A stretch of DNA of 64,000 bases from Podarcis gaigeae (lineage: Eukaryota): NCBI GenBank assembly GCA_964106915.2, contig OZ066922.1. One strand, 5' to 3'. The notes beneath the pieces were generated by a model that did no database searches, was not told the origin of the DNA, and saw only the letters and a program-made list of their open reading frames with translations. Position numbers and translations under genes: made by a program. This document shows positions 13,604 through 24,929 of the stretch, piece after piece (position 1 is the stretch's first letter; every line of letters starts with the position of its first letter).

Positions 13604-16600
13604 TAAAGTCTGTAATAGAAGTAATGGGGGGGTGTGGAAAAACTTGCTGACATTTCAAAATTAAGCAACCTGAGAAATTATGGCGGCATTTTACCAGTTC
13701 CTCAGCTGCCCTGACAACTTGATAATTGGAGGAGACATTCCCACAGAAACCAAGAGCAGAACTTCACATTACTGGAGACATCCCTTGCTGTTGTTGGCGG
13801 GAGTGAAGGAAATGGGCATGACGCCACCATGTCACGGGTAAAGTGCTATAACGTGTTATAGTGGTTTGGGGGACAATATGATGTGGGGGTGCCGTATTTG
13901 GTGGCAAGCCCTGCCATCTCATAGGACATGTGCTTCTGCAGAAAGAGCCACTTGAGGGATTACGCAGAAGCAATGATAGCAAATACAAGTCACACTAGTG
14001 TCTCTCATACGTAACAGCCACAGCTGTGTCTACTTGCTCCTCTGGCATAGCTGTAGACTCAAGTTAATGGTGCAACCACATGGCCAGGTGAGGCTGCATA
14101 CATCTTTTCTGACATGATACTGATTGGGTGGGAAAGAGGGAGCCTAATGTGTGGAGGACACACACACACAATGTTTTGCCAATGAGGGAACAACTTCACA
14201 TGTGGCCATCAGCCACACCAAATTGCATCATAGAAATGGGACTTTGAGGAAGCTGCAACAGTGTGTGAAGGGCACAGCACATGCAAACACATTTTGGTAC
14301 TTCCAGAGGGGGAGAGTGGCATGAACACAAAATAGTAGGAAGATTTCACATAACTTTCCGAAATGGAGATTTGCCAGCTTTCCCTTTGTATGCTACTTTG
14401 GAAACTCAAACGGGCAAACCCTCTACATAGTCACTTGTGCATCCAACCTTCTTACTATTTCTGTCCTAGGAAATGGCTTCCCCCTGAGGGAAGCTTGGCT
14501 TGAAGACTTCTGTTAATGCATTTGTTTCTTAACAGGGATTTATTTTACATTATAAAATGCTTCGTTGGGCTCTAAGGGTCCTCCTGTTCAAACTCCTATT
14601 TCAGTCACAATTTTTTTTTAAGTCGACACATGCAGACCTCCAGTTGTGTCCAGGGCCCACTAAAGCCATTTTGGTGCCATGATAAAACTTAAATTTGTTC
14701 TCCATTCTCGTACTGCACGAGAGAGGAGCAATCATTACACCAGTGGGAGAGAGGAAGGGTATTTACAAGCTTCTTACAAAGATAAAATAGGACTCATTTG
14801 TTGGCAATGTGTTTTTTTAAAAAAAGTTGGGGTGGTAGTGGTGGGATTTGATCAAGGAGCTGTATATACTGGAATTTCATGAAATCACTACTCTGAAAAT
14901 AAAGCCTGTCATTTCTGTAGGAGCACAGCACGCAATTATATAGACAAGCTGGCTCCCGCAGCTGACACCCAAAAGGCAAGTAAACTGTAAAATATATTCT
15001 CTTTTATCAGGGAAGGAAAAGTCTGCTGTTTAAATAATTTATCTACAGAAGTCTCCAGCCTTATTCTTTAGCCTCCTATTTCCTACCCTTCTTTTCCCCC
15101 TCCTTGATTATCTTAAAATGCTGAATCAGCTCCCCAAGCTATTTTGCCTGTTCGGATTTCTTTATCGGGCAGCAACCTTGTTGTTCTTCAGCCTAATCTA
15201 TTAGTTGAACCATTCCCCTTCCTAGAGGAAAAGGCCTAGGGCTTCAGTTCCACTGTGCATGAAAAGGCTCCCCAAAGAAATCCAAAAAGCTCAACTGAAG
15301 ACAGTACGTAACAGGGGGAAAAATAGTAGGAAGAAACTGTCTCATGAAATTCAATACACTGCAGGCATGTCTATCTCTTCTGCCTCACACTCCACATTGT
15401 CGTCAGAGCAGGATGCTGTTTTGCTGCTGCCCCCGCCTCAAATTCGGGCCAGTATGGGGAACAGAAGGATGCTGCAAGCCTCATTCAGGCGTTCTGAACT
15501 CAGGGGCTCTCCACTGCACAAGGGGTTTACTGCACTGGTTAGCTCTGTCCCCTCTGCCTCATCACTGTTGCTGTTCCCACAACCCCTTTGCATGTTGGGA
15601 GCTGAACATCTCTGAGCCTGCTCTCCTCATGTAAAATTCCTTCAGAACTGTAAAGGAAGCTGAATCGAGTCAAGCTGGCTTGTCGCTGAAATTTAGCTTC
15701 TGACACGCAGCGGGACGCAGGAGGGGCAACGCTGATGCAATGGTACTGTGTGATGTCGAATAAGCTGGAGAGGATTACGGAAAGAGTGGAATCAACACCA
15801 TTAGACTGTTTCAGTTGACCTCAGAGTTATCTTTAAAATGACAAATAAAAATTAGCAGCTTAACCAATTTGCTGCAAGCTTCTGGATTCTGTTAGTGTTG
15901 TTTCTGAACTACAAACAGAGTTGGTGTATTTTCTTCCCAGGTGTCCTATAATGAGGCTTCCATGCTGTTACATTAGCTTCTGCTTTTCTGCAGCTAGGCC
16001 CTCTCCCCCCATCCATAGTCATGGCAAAGGTTGCACTTTACATCTGTTGCCTCCTTCTCATGTTACCTTTGCATTTTGGGAACCATTCAAGCGTGGCTCC
16101 TTCCTACAGCGTGAAGCCCAGAACCGCATGGGAGAGGAGCCCACACAGTGTTTTGACTTCAGGGTTTCTCCCCCCAGAAACTAGCACAGCTGCAACATTT
16201 CTGAACTGTTCCATCACAGCTCCTTTCCTGTTTTTAGGGGTGCAGGATGCTTAGACCTGGCTGACATAAAAACCCTCTTCACGTTCAAGGTATTGAGTTT
16301 TGTTTAGGGCTCATTACTAGAGCTGGAAGACTAGAATACAGCTCAAAGAGGGACATTAGTAGTTTTGCGAATATATGCCCTCAAATCAAAAAACAACTTT
16401 TTAAAAAGGGTGGTTTTTTTGGTATGTGTGTGTCCAATGCCTTCAACCCCGTGTTCTGAAAGATTTTCTGTTCAGTAATTCCCTAATCGCAGCCCAAAAG
16501 AAAAGATACTGAGTACAGCATTTTTGAACACCAACAAGACAATTGCTTTAAAGAAATTCAATATACTTTGTGGCTGCTTCCAGACAGCTGAGTAATGGCC

Positions 16601-17429
16601 AAAGCATCAACAGCTGGCAAATGATTCTGCAGGTTTTCTTGCCTCCTTCCTAAAACAGACTGCTCTTTGAAGGAGTCAATCAGCATAAAGTCAAAATGTC
16701 AAAATAACCGTAGCACTGAGCAGGTAACTTGACAAACTGTGATGTTGGCCTTAAGTAATTTGACTGGCTATTAATTCTCAAAACAGTCTGAAGAGATTTG
16801 TGATGCAGGCTGATTTCCGTCTAGACAGAGAAAAGAGTGTAAAACACATTAGCCAGATACAACTTTGCAATGACAAGAAAAACCTGTTTCATAAGCGCTC
16901 AGCTGCCCGAATCCACAAAGCATAGCTCCCCCCACCACCATTCTTGACCTCACCGTGCCTGACCTATAAGTATGCAGCAACTGGCCATCCTGGGATTTTT
17001 GCTGTTGTTGTTCTGACTGTTGGGGATTAGCAGATGCACAGATAAAAGCTGTCCTCTTTGATTTCCTGTTCTATTTATTGCACCAGTAATTTTAACGTAG
17101 GAAGAAAATACTTTAGGAAAGGAGACAGACAATGGAGTGTTTCATGTGAAGTGTAACACTCCTGCAAGCATCTGTATTTTAATTGGCTGCAATTCTTCTG
17201 AAGCCCTTGCCTGAAGGACAGGCTCCTGAAGCTGAGCCAGTTTGCACTCTCATCCCCCCATGTCCCCATAGTTACACTTACAGTTGGCAGCAGTGACTGA
17301 GGAACCTGCTGCGAGGTGCCCTATGTTTCCGCCTGCTCCTCTGAGCCACTCACAGTCTTATTTCATCTGCTCTGGCCTGCTGGGCATCTCCAGTAAAGAA
17401 CTCCACCACTGTATACTGGCTTATTCTAC

Positions 17430-17560
17430 CAGTGGCTCAGTGGCTAATGCATATGAGAAGTCCCAAGGTTCAACCCCAGGTAGGGCTTGGAAAAACCCTG
17501 TTTGAAACCCTGGGAAGCTGCTTTCAATTGCTGTAGACCATATTGAGCTTGTTGGATTCT
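17430..17560 (+). mobile_element. Degenerate Squam3-like tRNA-derived SINE (another relic near 63225-63345)
   Basis: Box A TGGCTCAGTGG, box B GGTTCAACCCC, and a TGAAACCCTGG...TGTAGAC...TGAGCT body. Confidence 0.6.
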
Positions 17561-17834
17561 CTATTCCTAAAGTTCATTTGCTTCAAGACCTCTGACTTCT
17601 TTGCTCAACAACTCTACTTCATCAGCCTCCATTATCAACCCAGAACAGCAATGGGGGAACCTGTGGCCCTCCAAGGCCCATTGTCCCAGCCTGCATAGCT
17701 TATGCATCAGGGACAAGGGGAGCTGCAATGTATCAACATCTGGAAGGTCACAAGCTCCCCTTCCCTGGTTTAGAATCTCCTACCATCAGTTCCATACCTT
17801 TATCATGGAGGATAAAGAAAACCATGGCTCCTAG

Positions 17835-18010
17835 TTACAATGGCTATGTGCTACCTCCATTTTGCTGGGAATAATAGGGAAGGGGAGAGCTGTTTGCTCT
17901 TGTGTCCTGTTGTGGGCTTCCCAGAAGTATGTGACTGGCCACTGTGGGATACAGGATGCTGCACCAGACAGACGTTTATTCTGATCTAGCAAGGCTCTTC
18001 TCGTGTCCTA
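17835..18010 (+). mobile_element. CR1-type 3' UTR fragment
   Basis: Similar to 25980-26180 (GTCCTG...TCCCA...GGCCACTGTG...CAGGATGCTG...TCTGATC). Confidence 0.55.
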
Positions 18011-18826
18011 CCTCACAACCTCACATCCCACCTTACAACCGAAAACACTGCTACAAAAACTGAAATGTGACATGACTGGGTGGGGAACCACCTCTTTGCA
18101 ACTCTTTGATCCAGAGGGGATGGAAGGAACAGATTAAATGCTGCCAGCCTCGTAGCTCTGATCTTGGAGCACCTGACCAAAGCTTCCCTTGTGAAATTGC
18201 TTGGGGATTTGTCCAGAGATGGCTGGTGGGGGAGTTGAACTATTAATAATGCTTAACATCTGTACAGAACTTTCAGGCAAACAGAGCGCCTTGTATGCAA
18301 CAACTGCAGAAAGCATTATAAATGAAGGGAGATAAAAGTGGGGAAACAAGTTCCTTCCATTTGCATTTTTAGACTGGCTGAATTCTGCCCTAATATACTA
18401 AAAGGAATGCCGAACTCGGCTTAAAAAAACAAGGATGGACGGGCTTACATTTTATTTAGCATGTATTTGAGAAGAGGAAATCTAACATTTAGTAGTCTGA
18501 GACTAATGAAAACATGCCAGTAGTTTTGGGGGTTGAATTGTGACGATTAAGCAACTTGCAAGGTAATGCAATTTTCTGATAGCATGTTCTTTGAAAAGGC
18601 TCACTCCACTGGGCCTCCCCACATTGGTCTGGATGGGATTTGCTGTTTCACTAATAATGAAACTGAGAAAGTACAGAGTAGCAGGGTCTGAAGTCTGAGA
18701 TAAAGAATAGGCTGTCTTGGAGGGGGTTTCATGTTACCAGCCCCTTGCAGAAACATTACACTATTTACCTTCAATCCACACACAAAGAGTAAGCAAACAA
18801 AGATGGTTCTATCACAAGATGCTTAC

Positions 18827-18850
18827 CAGGTTCAGCAGCAGATCGTGGCT
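18827..18850 (-). CDS. PALLD: Palladin 24-nt microexon (exon 8 equivalent), loop within Ig2
   Basis: gtgcag|AG CCA CGA TCT GCT GCT GAA CCT G|gtaagc. Gives K-PRSAAEP-E, matching the palladin/myopalladin KKPRSxAEPEE loop; phase 1-1. Confidence 0.93.
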
Positions 18851-18948
18851 CTGCACATCACATCATCCAAAGAAAGAACAGGGAATAGGAGGGGAAAGAA
18901 CAAAATGCATTAGAAAACCATTACACATACAATGGTCAAGGCTTTATG

Positions 18949-19143
18949 GCAAGGATGGGGACCTGTGGCCCTCTAATGTCATTGCGTTCCAACTTAGCTT
19001 AGAATACAGTGTTAAGTGGTACATAAATTGTTGGGGGGGGGGGAAGGAAAGGAAATCCCATCAGCATGTCTGGCCAATGATGAGGGATCAAAGAAGCTTG
19101 AGTCCAAACAACATCCGGAGGAGCCACAGGTCTTCCACGCCTG
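18949..19143. mobile_element. Degenerate hAT-type MITE (similar relics near 17645-17767, 37985-38060, 40066-40202 and 52108-52220)
   Basis: GGGGACCTGTGGCCCTC...ACATCCGGAGGAGCCACAGGTC inverted ends resemble the intact hAT MITEs. Confidence 0.6.
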
Positions 19144-19168
19144 CTTTATAGAAGGGTAATATTTGATA

Positions 19169-19344
19169 GGCGTTTCCGTGTGCTGCACTGGTGCTGGCTC
19201 GCCAGAGCAGCTTTGTTACGCTGGCCACGTGGCCCGGAAGTGTCTTCGGACAGCCCTGGCTCCCGGCCTCTTAAGCGAGATGAGCACGCAACCCCAGAGT
19301 CGGACACAACTGGCCCGTACGGGCAGGGGTACCTTTACCTTTAC
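19169..19344 (+). mobile_element. 5'-truncated Sauria SINE
   Basis: Homologous to the 3' half of the 49.9-kb copy (GCGAGATGAG...GCAACCCCAGAGTCGG), (ACCTTT)2 tail, 9-bp TSD TATTTGATA at 19160-19168 and 19345-19353. Confidence 0.9.
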
Positions 19345-19535
19345 TATTTGATAACAAACTTAACTATTACTCATCAAGTAATCTGATAGATGCAGGTAAA
19401 GGGTAAGGGAATACTATAATAAATTTTTGAGCCTAAAAAGTAATTGTGCAAACTAAAACAAACCTGAGGCATATAATCTCCCATTTGTTTTTATACTGCA
19501 GGGATATTTGCACCAACAATTAATCTGCCACTTAC

Positions 19536-19677
19536 TTTTTTGAAGAATTCGGAAATCTGGAGAATCTTGTATTTCGGTTCCTTGCCGAGACCAAATGACA
19601 TGCAAAGGAAGTGCTCCCCTCACTCTGCACTCAAGCACAACAACTTGTCCTTCACTTGCTGTTGAATCTTGTAGCTC
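19536..19677 (-). CDS. PALLD: Palladin coding exon (exon 7 equivalent), N-terminal half of Ig domain 2
   Basis: aacag|GAG CTA...CAA AAA A|gtaagt, 142 nt. Translates ELQDSTASEGQVVVLECRVRGALPLHVIWSRQGTEIQDSPDFRILQK. Confidence 0.97.
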
Positions 19678-19717
19678 CTGTTAAAATTGATAAATGGATT
19701 ATTCGAACCTCCAACCC

Positions 19718-19720
<3 letters not shown>

Positions 19721-19767
<47 letters not shown>
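19721..19767. repeat. (TA)n microsatellite
   Basis: Pure dinucleotide run followed by (TTTA)n. Confidence 0.95.
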
Positions 19768-19772
<5 letters not shown>

Positions 19773-19984
19773 TTATTTATTTTAAAAAGCCTTGACCCTG
19801 TCAGCAGACAAACTACCTGCAGATAATTACAGCAATGCATATGCTATTTTCCATTCTTACTTTATTTAATGGTGGCACAACAATTAATTTGAGTAAATTC
19901 TTATTTTGGAAATCTGAATTACAACCATGCTGGCAGCAGAAATAACTCTCTCTGATCCACAAGACATTTTAAAAATTATTTTGG

Positions 19985-19985
<1 letters not shown>

Positions 19986-20042
<57 letters not shown>
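19986..20042. repeat. Compound (GT)n(AT)n(AG)n microsatellite
   Basis: Three adjacent dinucleotide runs. Confidence 0.95.
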
Positions 20043-20526
20043 TATTTTGATATGCTAAGATAGGGATGAACTTATCCTCATGCAGTCACGGAACATGTGC
20101 AATCAAAACTGATAAAATGTTGGGCACAACCCATCTGGGAGAAGGTGGAAGCTGTACAAGCACACAGTATTCATTTCAGTAGCATTTGCACAAGAGAATT
20201 TTCATGTGAATTTATTCTCAGTTACACTGAAGGTGTGAGCCATATGATGGTTTTTTAATGCCTACAGTGATACTTTGAGAAATGATTAAAAGAGAAGTGA
20301 ATGAATATATATATATATATATATATCTGCCTCTTTTGTATAGAAAAGAATAGAAAGTAATCATTACAGAAAAAGTGTCTTCGCTAGAAATCCATTACTA
20401 CCCTACAATAAAGGAACCCATCTTTATTCAGCAGGTTTAACAGGATTGAAATTATCTTTGCACTATTATTTTTTTGCTATTTCATCCCAAAACCATAGAA
20501 TTAGCATTTCAGTGGAAAAAACAGAC

Positions 20527-20601
20527 CTTTGTAAAAATAGGTGCAGCATTACTAGGTTTTGATCCATCTAATCTGCAGAGGTATGAAGTAGGACTTTGGA
20601 C
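20527..20601 (-). CDS. PALLD: Palladin coding exon (exon 6 equivalent)
   Basis: ttccag|GTC CAA...ACA AAG|gtctgt, 75 nt. Translates VQSPTSYLCRLDGSKPSNAAPIFTK, ending in the Ig2 A-strand motif P-x-F-T-K. Confidence 0.95.
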
Positions 20602-21049
20602 CTGGAAAACAGTTAAACCCAGAAATTTGCAAACCATCAGCACCATTAGTAATAGAATTCCTGCACTGATATATCCTTACCTCACTTACACATTTACTAA
20701 TAAAGTATACCTGCTACGTCAGGATTTTTGTGTGTGTGTGTCTGATTCTGTAAACAGTCCCAGTCCCTTGCCCCCACCATATTGACCACTTATAATAAAG
20801 AAAGCAAGTATACTCAGAACCAAATTTTGCAACTACTGCCATTTAACATTGAATTAACTCTGTCACCCAGGCAACTTTAATAAAAAGGCAGTCAATGACA
20901 TTTCACATACAGAAACTGTGTCTAAGAGAAGCCCAAGGTAGGAAGTATGAGAGTTGTTTTATCTGCAAAGTCCGGTGCAAACATGTCACAGCGTGCTACC
21001 AAGAACTTGAGTCAACTTTTGATGTCTCGGAACTGAGACATCTACATAC

Positions 21050-21155
21050 CTGCAGATTAGGCACAGAAATAGGCTGGATGACTGCTGTAGTGATGCCAGC
21101 CTTTGGAGCAGAAGATCCTATCGTTAAAGAAACAGAAGTACTTTTCTTCTGGGCC
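21050..21155 (-). CDS. PALLD: Palladin coding exon (exon 5 equivalent)
   Basis: tctag|G GCC CAG...CTG CAG|gtatgt, 106 nt. Translates AQKKSTSVSLTIGSSAPKAGITTAVIQPISVPNLQ (part of ORF 20996..21238). Confidence 0.96.
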
Positions 21156-21981
21156 CTAGATAAGTCAAACAGGTAGTAGTCAGTCAATCTTGCCATAAAA
21201 TGCTTCCCTTGCACATGTTTATTTTGGGTGAAGCACAACCTATTTCTGAGGAACAGTTGAGTTTCTGGTAGGCTGTGACTTGCTGAAGGCCACCCAAAGT
21301 CTGCTGTGATCAGGGATTTTAACCAGTCAACAGAAGCACATCCACTTTTCTAGTACAGCAGAAAAGAATTATAAAATGAATCTTTAACCCTAATGTTTTA
21401 TTACAAAATTGCAAAATGTTCTATTCAGAGAATCTTTGGGGTCTTTTGCCATAGGGAAAAAAATGCAGGTAGTTCAACAGGGATATTTCCAATGCACTCA
21501 GAAATCTGCCGTCAATATTTGATGCATTGCATCTTTGTGTATATACACTCGGTTACAAAACCTAAGAAAAGTAAGGGCATGTGTTCACTAAAGGTTTACA
21601 AATGATTCATTGCTATGTCTCAATTTCAGATATAACAGAATGGCAGGCATAGCTTTAAAAGGTGATAACTACCTGTGAAAAGTACATGGTAAAAAAAATA
21701 CAGGCAGCAGTATGAACATGTACTTCACTGCTTCTGCAAAACAATGTACAGGCAGAAAAGGCTTTCTAAATGGAGACTCTGAACCAGAATCTGTATCTGT
21801 GCTGCCCCATGTTTAACGTGCAATGCAATATTTTAACAGGACCTGATCATTAATTAACACTGGTTAGTCTTTCCCCCCCATGGAATGACTGCAAGAGGTG
21901 AAGCAGAACAACTTTGCAATAATCCTCCCCAAGCGTCCTAGATACAAAAGTGTATAATTAAGTTTTGCTATGTAAACTTAC

Positions 21982-22042
21982 TGTGGCATGGCTCCAGATT
22001 TTGATCTGAAAACCTCACTGTCAGAATCAGAAGAGCTGGCAC
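21982..22042 (-). CDS. PALLD: Palladin coding exon (exon 4 equivalent), contains the internal start Met (AMPQ)
   Basis: ctgtag|GT GCC AGC...ATG CCA CA|gtaag, 61 nt. Translates GASSSDSDSEVFRSKSGAMPQ; phases fit both neighbours. Confidence 0.95.
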
Positions 22043-22217
22043 CTACAGGGGATGGAAAAGGGTATGTTCAAGGAAGATGTATGCTGTCATGGAGTCTAGA
22101 ACACTTCAAAACAAAACAAACAAGTTTTTTTAAAAAACAAAACCGAACTCCCATCACTGTAGCATTTTGCTTAAAATTACTGAATGGTAATGAGCCCCAT
22201 TCCAGGTGGGCTTAGAC

Positions 22218-22354
22218 CAGGCATAAGCAAACTTGGCCCTCCAGATGTTTTGGGGACTACAACTCCCATGATCCCTAGCTAACAGGACCAGTGGTCAGGG
22301 ATGATGGGAGTTGTAGTCCCAAAACATTTGGAGGGCCGAGTTTGCCTATGCCTG
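22218..22354. mobile_element. hAT (Charlie/URR1-like) palindromic MITE in the intron between exons 3 and 4
   Basis: TIR CAGGCATARGCAAACT, 8-bp TSD GCTTAGAC/GGCTAGAC, core is the reverse complement of 43656-43791. Confidence 0.9.
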
Positions 22355-22442
22355 GGCTAGACTCTTGGAACCAATGGCATCTAAAGCATAATGTTTTCAC
22401 TTCTTTTCCTGTTTGTGACCTTCAGTTGATGCTCTCTCTTAC

Positions 22443-22621
22443 CTTCAACAAACAGTTCTGCTGATGTAGAATCAGAACCAACAGAATTTGAGGCCAGGCA
22501 ACAGTAGCGCCCTGTGTCGTCCTCAAAGGCTTCTGCTATAATTAGTGTATGGAGCCCTCCACTTTCACAACAGATCTGAATATCGGGAGAATTTTGCAGT
22601 TCTTTGCCCTCGCAGAACCAC
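22443..22621 (-). CDS. PALLD: Palladin coding exon (human exon 3 equivalent), C-terminal half of Ig domain 1
   Basis: cacag|G TGG TTC...GAA G|gtaag, 179 nt. Translates WFCEGKELQNSPDIQICCESGGLHTLIIAEAFEDDTGRYCCLASNSVGSDSTSAELFVE, an I-set Ig with the D-x-G-x-Y-x-C motif matching palladin Ig1. Confidence 0.97.
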
Positions 22622-22859
22622 CTGTGATTAATACACCATAGAAAGGGGAAACACAGAGCAAGGTCAGGGAAGGAGGAGCACTTTTCAATATTTATATTAT
22701 AAAACTGCTACAATCGTAGATGGTTAAAATGAGAAAAGATTAGTTCACATTGGGAAGGCATTTCCTAAATTTCACCTTGTTACAGCAAACATAGCCCTTT
22801 TCCATATGCTGCTATTACAGGCAGATCGAGATGGTACAGAGCATCACCCTCTCTCCTTC

Positions 22860-23027
22860 ACTGCAGCTTTTAAAGCAGAGGTTGGGTGGCCATCTGTCAG
22901 GGATTCTTTAGTTGCAAATCCTGAATTGAAGGGGGTTGGACTAGATGCCCCTAGGCAGAGGCACACACCCCGCACCCTCCACCAGCGCCCCTAGGGGATC
23001 CTTCCAACTCTACAATTCTATGATTCT
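22860..23027 (+). mobile_element. CR1 LINE extreme 3' end
   Basis: GGGGGTTGGACTAGATG...CCTTCCAACTCTACAATTCTATGATTCT, the canonical CR1 terminus with the ATTCTATG octamer tail. Confidence 0.8.
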
Positions 23028-24929
23028 GGCATCTAAGCCCCCAGAGTAAAAAACAAAACACCCCACCATATACTCTGTTTTGGAAATGCTACAGGAGGCC
23101 CATGGAGCCTGATACAAAAATATGCTTGCTTTGTATAACAGTGGGTTGATCATTTTGACCACACAATAATCGGACATGTGAAGGTGTCCCTGCCAATCAA
23201 TCATGGATTAAATTAACTGATACATGGCTGTTCTTTTGATCAAATAATGCCTGCCTTCACAAGCAACAGTGGACTAGCTGTGCCAATCAGGTTTTGTTCA
23301 ACTGATATTGCTTCGGGCACAATCTTTATCTTGTCCCATATCCCACAATACACCGTTCAGGGGCTGGTTGTAGTTGCAAGCCGAATGCACAGTATTAATT
23401 TATGAGAAGCAGATTAACAAGTCCTACCTAGGGATTAGTCAAGCACTGGAATACAAGCAATAAACCATTTCCCCCTCAAACAACCCCACTCCTCCCTGAA
23501 GGCTAGAAAACTAGGGGCACATTAACTATACTTTTTTAAAAAAGCCATAGCCATAACCATTCCAAAAGATTTATCATGCCACAGGAATCTACAGTTTCAG
23601 AGTGCTTCACAGTTATATACCACCCCAACCCAATTCTCTCAGATCCATAGAATAAGAATGCACTTGGATCCAGTTATTTTTATGGATGCTCAACTATGCA
23701 CACCAGGTTTGGGCGTTAATAATGACCATAATCTCTTCATTTCAAGTGAATACTGATCGCTTTCACACATTACCATTTTTCTGTGCCATGAATACTAATG
23801 CATGTGTAGAGGAGAAATACTGAGTGAAGCAATTCTAAGAATTTGGATAGAAACACAGGGACATTCTGTTTTGTTGAGATTTAAAAGGAACAACATCCTT
23901 CCAATGTAGCAGCTTTCATGCCCCCAGCCAGTAAGGTATGCAGTCATGTTGACCATTAACATTGTCCAGAACTTCAACTAGTAGTATTAATTCCCCCTCC
24001 CCACACTTTTAAAGAGTAACTTGAATCAAGTAGAAAAGAGGTCACAAAGTACTAAATCAGCTGCAAGCCATGGTAGGCAAGCAGTCTTCTGAATGTTTAT
24101 ACTATTCCACAATACAGTACACTTGTATCTCTCTTGCAGATACATAATTGACACAACCGTGTTGTATATTATACCCTCCATGCCCTGAATGTTTTTGAGG
24201 TTAACGCTCGCAGGATAGATCACATCACTCTGCAGATACCACTTCTCACACAAGACTTATAACTCATTTTCAGTGGACAGACCCTTCCTTTTCCAAACAA
24301 GAAGTAGTCTGGCAGATCGAATTTCACCCAGAGGCAACTATGTACTAACCGCTATGCTTTCTTTTGAAACAAAATGCAAGATTTACCTCTCCCAAATTCT
24401 TTGCCTTTTTACAACCATGCTTGGAATATCACACACAGATTTGGTTACCATACCTAAAAAAAAGGATGCTGTTAGAGCCAGAAATGATCGACGGAAATGA
24501 TCAAGAGACTGGCCCTATGAGGAAAGGTTGCAACTTTTAGTTTTGGTTTTAGTTTTGGGCAGGAGAAAAGCAAGTGAAGGGGGATATGACAAAGGTGTAT
24601 AAAATTACCCATGTTGTGAAGAAAATGGATTGAGAAAAGGTTTCCTCTCTCTCTGTACCTGAACCCAGGACCATTCAGTGAAGCAGAATGGTAGGACACA
24701 CATGACAGACAAAAGGAAGCACTTTTCACAAAACACAGAGATACTTTGGATTTCACTACCAGATGTAGCAATTGCCACCAACTTGGATAACTTTAAAAGG
24801 AGAGCAGGCAGCAGATCCCCTTTAAAGGATAAAGCTCAGGACTTTCTCAAAAGAACCCTGGGAACTGCCACTTGTTAATGTTGCTGGGAACTGTAACTCT
24901 GTGAGGGTGAAACTAGAATTCCCAAGAGT

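Noticed and set aside
15259-15634. 118-aa and 96-aa plus-strand ORFs in a moderately GC-rich patch
   Set aside because: No recognisable homology or exon structure; cannot be supported as a gene from sequence alone.
6237-22621. Assignment to myopalladin (MYPN) instead of palladin
   Set aside because: The linker GAMPQAQKKSTSVSLTIGSS and the FPPPP...LAKPKL exon match palladin as I recall it, and several exon sizes match human PALLD.
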